Of a stretch of DNA of 64,000 nucleotides, positions 59,718 to 64,000 are shown piece after piece. Position numbers and translations under genes: made by a program. The stretch is from IMG/VR virus record IMGVR_UViG_3300028833_000001, positions 255,171 through 319,170 of that record; one strand, 5' to 3'. The DNA is from a virus. Its lineage: Duplodnaviria; Heunggongvirae; Uroviricota; Caudoviricetes. The notes beneath the pieces are model-generated. The model saw only the letters and a list, made by a program, of their open reading frames with translations, made no database searches and was not told the DNA's origin. Numbering within the stretch: the stretch's first letter is position 1; each line of letters opens with the position of its first letter.

Positions 59718-60761
59718 ATGGAAAATAGCGAACACATATCAAAGAAAGAATTAGCTAGGCGAAAAAAAATTTCTAGGTACAGAAAACGTGTAATCAAAGA
59801 ACGCCAAAAACGCGGATACAGAGAATGGTTAAAATTAAAAAGGCGAGAAATTAGAAAACGAGAAACTAAAAAACGTCATGAAAAGGAAAAAGAAAAATTA
59901 AGAAAAGAACGTGAACGTTTAAAAAAATTAAAATTAAAAAAGAAAAAGTCTGTTGGCAGACCCAAAAAACGTGGACCAAAGAAAAAACGAAATTACAAAA
60001 AGAAAGAATCAGAAAAAAAGAAATGCAATAGGGTCTTGCAGAAATTGCCAAAAATAGAATACAGAATAGTACAATTCAGAAACGGTAAACACAACACAAC
60101 AGTTGGAACATATGATAGTATTGTTACGGCATATGAAACGTTTCATCGCATTTTAGAAGAAAGTAAAAACGTCATATTTCAGGCTACTATAGATGCAAGA
60201 GAATGGAATATGCCAGAAGCTATTGACGAATATGTTATAATAACAAATGTTCCGCCAGAAAATCAAAAAGGAAGCTATTTTAGAAATGAATTCGGAAAAT
60301 TATGCAAGGCTGAATTAACGAATGACAGATGGTTTATTGTTGACAAGGCAAGATTTTATAAAGAGGAAACGTTTTGGGTTTGGGGGTATAATAAAGTATC
60401 AGACAGAAAAACGTTTTTATGGATTTATGAGAATTTGTTACCTTCTGGCATAAACACGATATATGACCATAAAAGAATATTAACATTTAGAAATAAAGTT
60501 ATATTTAAATCAGATAATGGTGAAATTGATTTAATATTGTGTAAGCACACAAGCGATGCTGTTAAATTTTACAATAAGTTGTATGAGTTTGTAAAAAGAG
60601 ATAAGTTAAAGCAATTTTTGTTTGTTGGTGATTTTAGTAAATTAACCCCAGCAAGAAAAAAATTGGAGGAAGATATTTTTAAACTTACTGGATGGCCATT
60701 AAAAAAAATAAGAATGTCTTCAACAACTTTTTATACAAAAGAAAAAACAAAAACCAAATGA
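59718..60761 (+). CDS. Hypothetical protein with very basic N-terminus and AT-hook-like motif
   Basis: K/R-rich first ~100 aa; GRPKKRGPKK. Confidence 0.7.
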   Translation: MENSEHISKKELARRKKISRYRKRVIKERQKRGYREWLKLKRREIRKRETKKRHEKEKEKLRKERERLKKLKLKKKKSVGRPKKRGPKKKRNYKKKESEKKKCNRVLQKLPKIEYRIVQFRNGKHNTTVGTYDSIVTAYETFHRILEESKNVIFQATIDAREWNMPEAIDEYVIITNVPPENQKGSYFRNEFGKLCKAELTNDRWFIVDKARFYKEETFWVWGYNKVSDRKTFLWIYENLLPSGINTIYDHKRILTFRNKVIFKSDNGEIDLILCKHTSDAVKFYNKLYEFVKRDKLKQFLFVGDFSKLTPARKKLEEDIFKLTGWPLKKIRMSSTTFYTKEKTKTK

Positions 60762-60778
60762 GGTTTCGTTTGTAAAGA

Positions 60779-60786
60779 CTATTTAT
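60779..60786 (+). promoter_or_regulatory. Putative late promoter CTATTTAT
   Basis: Starts 43 nt before the fibre ATG, the same offset as at 57424. Confidence 0.6.
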
Positions 60787-60821
60787 TATTGGAAAATAAT
60801 AAACATAATATATAACATATA

Positions 60822-62888
60822 ATGGCAGCAAACGAAAATAGGCAAAAATTAATTCATTTACACAAATCTACTAGCGGGTCGCCAGCGACAAGTGATTTAA
60901 ACTTTGGCGAAATAGCGGTCAATCATTCGATAGACAAGCCTGCTTTGTATATTAAAAATAATGATGGTATTATTGAATTTTTACCAGCGACAGCTATAAC
61001 CCAAATATCAAAAATTTATGCCGATGGGTTGATTGATGCTTTGGATGTATCAGCTCAAACTATAGCGTATGTAACATCTGGCGATAACGTTATAATTTAC
61101 CCAACAATCACAGAAGATGACGGAAAAATATTAATTTCTGGGGACCCAATAACATTGGCAAAGGTGGCTAAAACTGGAAATGCGGCTGACATCTCTATAG
61201 ATGATACAAACGATAATTTTAGTGCTACAACAGTAGAGGGCGCATTAGCTGAATTGGTTGCAAAAGTAAGTTTTGGTACAACTATCGATGGAGAAGGTGG
61301 AGTTTTTACTACTGGTAATGGTATTGACGATGTAACATCTGAAAACAAAGTATTATCTGTTAAAGTAAAAGATAATGATTACATATCAGTTGACAGTACT
61401 GGCGTTCAGTTAGACTCATCAAAAATCGATTCTTCTTATGAGACAGGAACAACTGGAAATCTAGCGACAGTTGGAACTGTTAAAAGCGCTATTGAAGATT
61501 TAGACACTGATGGTTTTAGAATGCTTGACGTGGTTGCTAGTGCTCAAAACGAAACAACTTTAATTGTTAGAGGAATAAAAGAAGTTGACGGAAAAATTGA
61601 ACTTGATTCACCGACTAACGATTTTGCTATATTGGTTGACGGTCAATATAACAATACAACAAATAAACTTGCAACAGAGCATACAGTTTTTGAAGCTATT
61701 TCTGGTTTGGATGTTACTGCTATTACTGGCTCGGCTAATCAAACTATTACTTCAGTAAGTGAAGAAGACGGTAAGATTTCAGCAACTTATAGCGATATTT
61801 CAATAACAAAGAGCCAAATTTCTGACTTGGGAGATTTAGACAGTCTTTATGCGCCGAAATCATTAAGTGGTACTGTTGAAACGCTTAACGGAAAAATTGA
61901 TACTTTAATAGGAAGCGATTCTGGAAAATCTGTTAGAACAATAGCAAATGAAGAACTTGTTGCGCAATTAATTCCAGCAACAGCACAAGAGTCATTAGAT
62001 ACGTTACAAGAAATTGCGGATTGGATTCAGCAACATCCAGACGATGCTTCTGCAATGAATACTGCGATAACATCACTAAGTGCTGTATCAGCAAGCACAA
62101 GATTATCGGCCCTTGAAACTTCTACTCACACACACGAAAACAAGTCAACACTTGACACTATTAGTGCGGAAAAAGTAACAGCTTGGGATGGTGCCGTAAC
62201 AAACTCACATACTCACAGCAATCAATCTTTATTAGATACCTATACTCAAACTGAAGCTAATTTGGCTGACGCAGTTGATAAAAAACACGAACATTCTAAC
62301 AAATCCGTTCTTGATGGTATTACAGCAGAAAAAGTTGCTGGATGGGATGCAGCTTCAGCAGATACTCACACACATGAAAATAAAGAGGTTATTGATGCTA
62401 TTACAGCAGAAAAGGTTGCTGGTTGGGATGCCGCTTCGGCAGATTCTCATACTCATAGCAATAAAGCTCTGTTAGACACATATACACAAACAGAGGCTAA
62501 TTTGGCAGCAGCTGTAGCAAGCGCTCATAATCATACAAATGCAACCGTTCTTGATGGTATTACGGCAGAAAAGGTTGCTGGTTGGGATGCCGCTTCGGCA
62601 GATTCTCATACACACACAAACAAATCCATTATTGATGATATTGACCAAACAGACATTGATAAGTGGAATGCTTCTGTTACTGGCGCAACTGGAGACACTT
62701 ATGTTGCCGCATCGGTAGCTGATAATGTTGTTACCGTTTCATCAACAACAGCAGCCACAAATGTGTTTACAAATGCAGTTTTAGGCGTTAATAACACGTC
62801 ATCAGCAACATCAGCTAATGTTACAGTTGATAGCACATCAAAATTGTTAGATTTTTCAAATCTGTCAATTGATTGTGGAGAATATTAA
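60822..62888 (+). CDS. Tail/head fibre protein with HxH repeats
   Basis: LNFGEIAVN N-terminal motif, LD...DGKI modules, LDTLQEIADWI, 7 HxH repeats, C-terminal IDCGEY. Confidence 0.75.
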   Translation: MAANENRQKLIHLHKSTSGSPATSDLNFGEIAVNHSIDKPALYIKNNDGIIEFLPATAITQISKIYADGLIDALDVSAQTIAYVTSGDNVIIYPTITEDDGKILISGDPITLAKVAKTGNAADISIDDTNDNFSATTVEGALAELVAKVSFGTTIDGEGGVFTTGNGIDDVTSENKVLSVKVKDNDYISVDSTGVQLDSSKIDSSYETGTTGNLATVGTVKSAIEDLDTDGFRMLDVVASAQNETTLIVRGIKEVDGKIELDSPTNDFAILVDGQYNNTTNKLATEHTVFEAISGLDVTAITGSANQTITSVSEEDGKISATYSDISITKSQISDLGDLDSLYAPKSLSGTVETLNGKIDTLIGSDSGKSVRTIANEELVAQLIPATAQESLDTLQEIADWIQQHPDDASAMNTAITSLSAVSASTRLSALETSTHTHENKSTLDTISAEKVTAWDGAVTNSHTHSNQSLLDTYTQTEANLADAVDKKHEHSNKSVLDGITAEKVAGWDAASADTHTHENKEVIDAITAEKVAGWDAASADSHTHSNKALLDTYTQTEANLAAAVASAHNHTNATVLDGITAEKVAGWDAASADSHTHTNKSIIDDIDQTDIDKWNASVTGATGDTYVAASVADNVVTVSSTTAATNVFTNAVLGVNNTSSATSANVTVDSTSKLLDFSNLSIDCGEY
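62127..62670 (+). repeat. Seven 26-27-aa HxHxN repeats
   Basis: Includes an exact 47-bp direct repeat at 62406-62452 and 62565-62611. Confidence 0.9.
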
Positions 62889-62909
62889 AAATTGGAATTT
62901 TATTAAAAT

Positions 62910-62941
62910 AAAAAAGGAAACCTGATGGTTTCCTTTTTTTT
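62910..62941. terminator. Bidirectional intrinsic terminator
   Basis: A6-ggaaacc-tgat-ggtttcc-T8 between convergent genes. Confidence 0.88.
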
Positions 62942-63296
62942 ATTTTTCATATCTTTTGCGCTTTCTACGCATTGGCCTTCCAGCGATTACATCACCGTTT
63001 GATTCTTCATCAATAGGTTCGTCTTGGTATTCAAATTTTTCAGACCAAGCTTTTGTTATACCAGCGCTTAAAAATAGCGAAGCAACTGCGGTGATATATG
63101 CCGCCATTCCAGTTAAATCGGTTGCTATTGTATGAGTAAATATAACTTCGACAATAAGTGTTATTGCTGGAACTAAAAGCAATAGGAAGCCTATAAGAGT
63201 TACAACAACTAGAAAAAAACTCTTAGAACTTACTCCACTATTATTAGATACTAATTTTTTAAAAAAACTTTCTTCTTTATTAACGTTCTTACTCAT
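62940..63296 (-). CDS. Two-TM membrane protein, holin-like
   Basis: SSK motif then two hydrophobic helices and a basic C-terminus. Start at 63296 preferred. Confidence 0.5.
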   Translation of the reverse strand: MSKNVNKEESFFKKLVSNNSGVSSKSFFLVVVTLIGFLLLLVPAITLIVEVIFTHTIATDLTGMAAYITAVASLFLSAGITKAWSEKFEYQDEPIDEESNGDVIAGRPMRRKRKRYEK

Positions 63297-63582
63297 AAAA
63301 ATCGTCCTTAAAATTCTCATTAAATTGCCCTTGTTCATGTTGTTTGTGATATTTTTTAGCCTTAGATTTACATTTTTGTATTGTTATCCATCTTTGTATT
63401 CTTAACAATAAACCATGAAATCTATTTTTTTTAGGCGGATTATTTAGTGTTTCAATCATATCGTCTCCGAATGAAGTTTTAAGTAACTTTGCGAACTCAG
63501 TCTTTTCAGCTTCAAGTTCTCTGTCTTTACTTAAAATTTCGCCCTTTAATGCGTTCAACTCAGTCCTGATTCTAAAGTCCAT
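63289..63582 (-). CDS. Hypothetical protein
   Basis: ORF track; coupled to both neighbours. Confidence 0.65.
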   Translation of the reverse strand: MDFRIRTELNALKGEILSKDRELEAEKTEFAKLLKTSFGDDMIETLNNPPKKNRFHGLLLRIQRWITIQKCKSKAKKYHKQHEQGQFNENFKDDFYE

Positions 63583-63998
63583 TATTTATGTATTTCAATT
63601 GAATCGTTATTATTATCAATGTATTCTACATTTTGTTGCTGTGAATTTCCGTCGGCAATACTTTCAAAAAAACTTTCAAAGTTATGGATTAACCACACAA
63701 TACCAGATGTAAATATACAGTCCCCAATAATCGCAACCCACCATAAATTAGTTCCTATTAGTAAAATGTTAAATGGTGTTATTGCTATTTGTTTAATAAA
63801 GAACCAATCAATTAAACTTGCGACCCATCCTATATTGGCTGGAAAACACATCATGCACTGAAACATTGAGCCAAAATGTTCTGATATGTTTGTTGTTATG
63901 CTTCTTAGGTGTTCAAAAACACGAAACGGGCCGCTGCCAAACACTGTCATATTTGAGAGTCCGTATGCGGCTATTGAATATATTAAAATAATTAACCA
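63582..63998 (-). CDS. DUF1360-like membrane protein (start lies beyond the window)
   Basis: Frame stays open upstream (WLIILIYSIAAYGLSNM); GPFRVFEHLR, CMMC, hydrophobic helices. Confidence 0.6.
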   Translation of the reverse strand, partial: WLIILIYSIAAYGLSNMTVFGSGPFRVFEHLRSITTNISEHFGSMFQCMMCFPANIGWVASLIDWFFIKQIAITPFNILLIGTNLWWVAIIGDCIFTSGIVWLIHNFESFFESIADGNSQQQNVEYIDNNNDSIEIHK

Positions 63999-64000
63999 AC

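Noticed and set aside
49180-62888. Diversity-generating retroelement or invertible fibre cassette
   Set aside because: No reverse transcriptase or recombinase in the window, and I saw no TR/VR pair differing at adenines or flanking inverted repeats; the repeats are intragenic and direct.
116-63861. Numerous short antisense or alternate-frame ORFs in the track (e.g. 972-1421, 5672-5965, 50373-50882, 63619-63861)
   Set aside because: They overlap long, motif-bearing genes and look like shadow ORFs.
1-64000. Stop-codon reassignment (TAG or TGA), as in Lak and some crAss-like phages
   Set aside because: ORFs up to 2739 aa are uninterrupted in the standard code, and TAG (4674, 18643, 45791) and TGA (8395, 9642, 21377, 60761) sit at plausible gene ends.
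1-64000. tRNA or rRNA genes
   Set aside because: Intergenic gaps are short and AT-rich, and I recognised no cloverleaf or T-loop motif; tRNAscan-SE would confirm.

Overview
AT-rich, densely coding segment of a large contractile-tailed (myovirus-type, probably jumbo) phage genome in the standard genetic code, with almost all genes on the + strand. Genes mostly lack Shine-Dalgarno sites and have A/T-rich leaders, which suggests a Bacteroidota host (inference). Layout: (1) a 5'-truncated baseplate-hub-like protein ending in a degenerate Amidase_3 domain; (2) a T4-like replication and nucleotide module (gp32-like SSB, thymidine kinase, UvsX/RecA, PhoH, 5'-3' exonuclease, DnaB/gp41 helicase, class II RNR) with a few putative late genes interspersed; (3) a ~7.3 kb glycan synthesis and decoration island (DUF5672 GT-like, SGNH/AlgX-like, SAM methyltransferase, GT11, a four-domain glycosyltransferase, and an epimerase gene remnant); (4) a long baseplate, tail and fibre module (gp25, gp6, gp7/P2-I-like, a 2739-aa LamG + CotH-kinase-like + BspA-LRR protein, two paralogous fibres); (5) small membrane-protein genes on the - strand. 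A CTATTTAT motif precedes putative late genes, and TTG-N20-TA promoters precede non-structural genes. The best candidate for an undescribed system is a phage-encoded virion O-glycosylation pathway: the GT island plus a recurrent [S/T]-[A/G]-x-[S/T] motif across unrelated virion proteins. A tail-borne CotH-like kinase is a second candidate. All family assignments come from motif recognition by eye; no searches were run.
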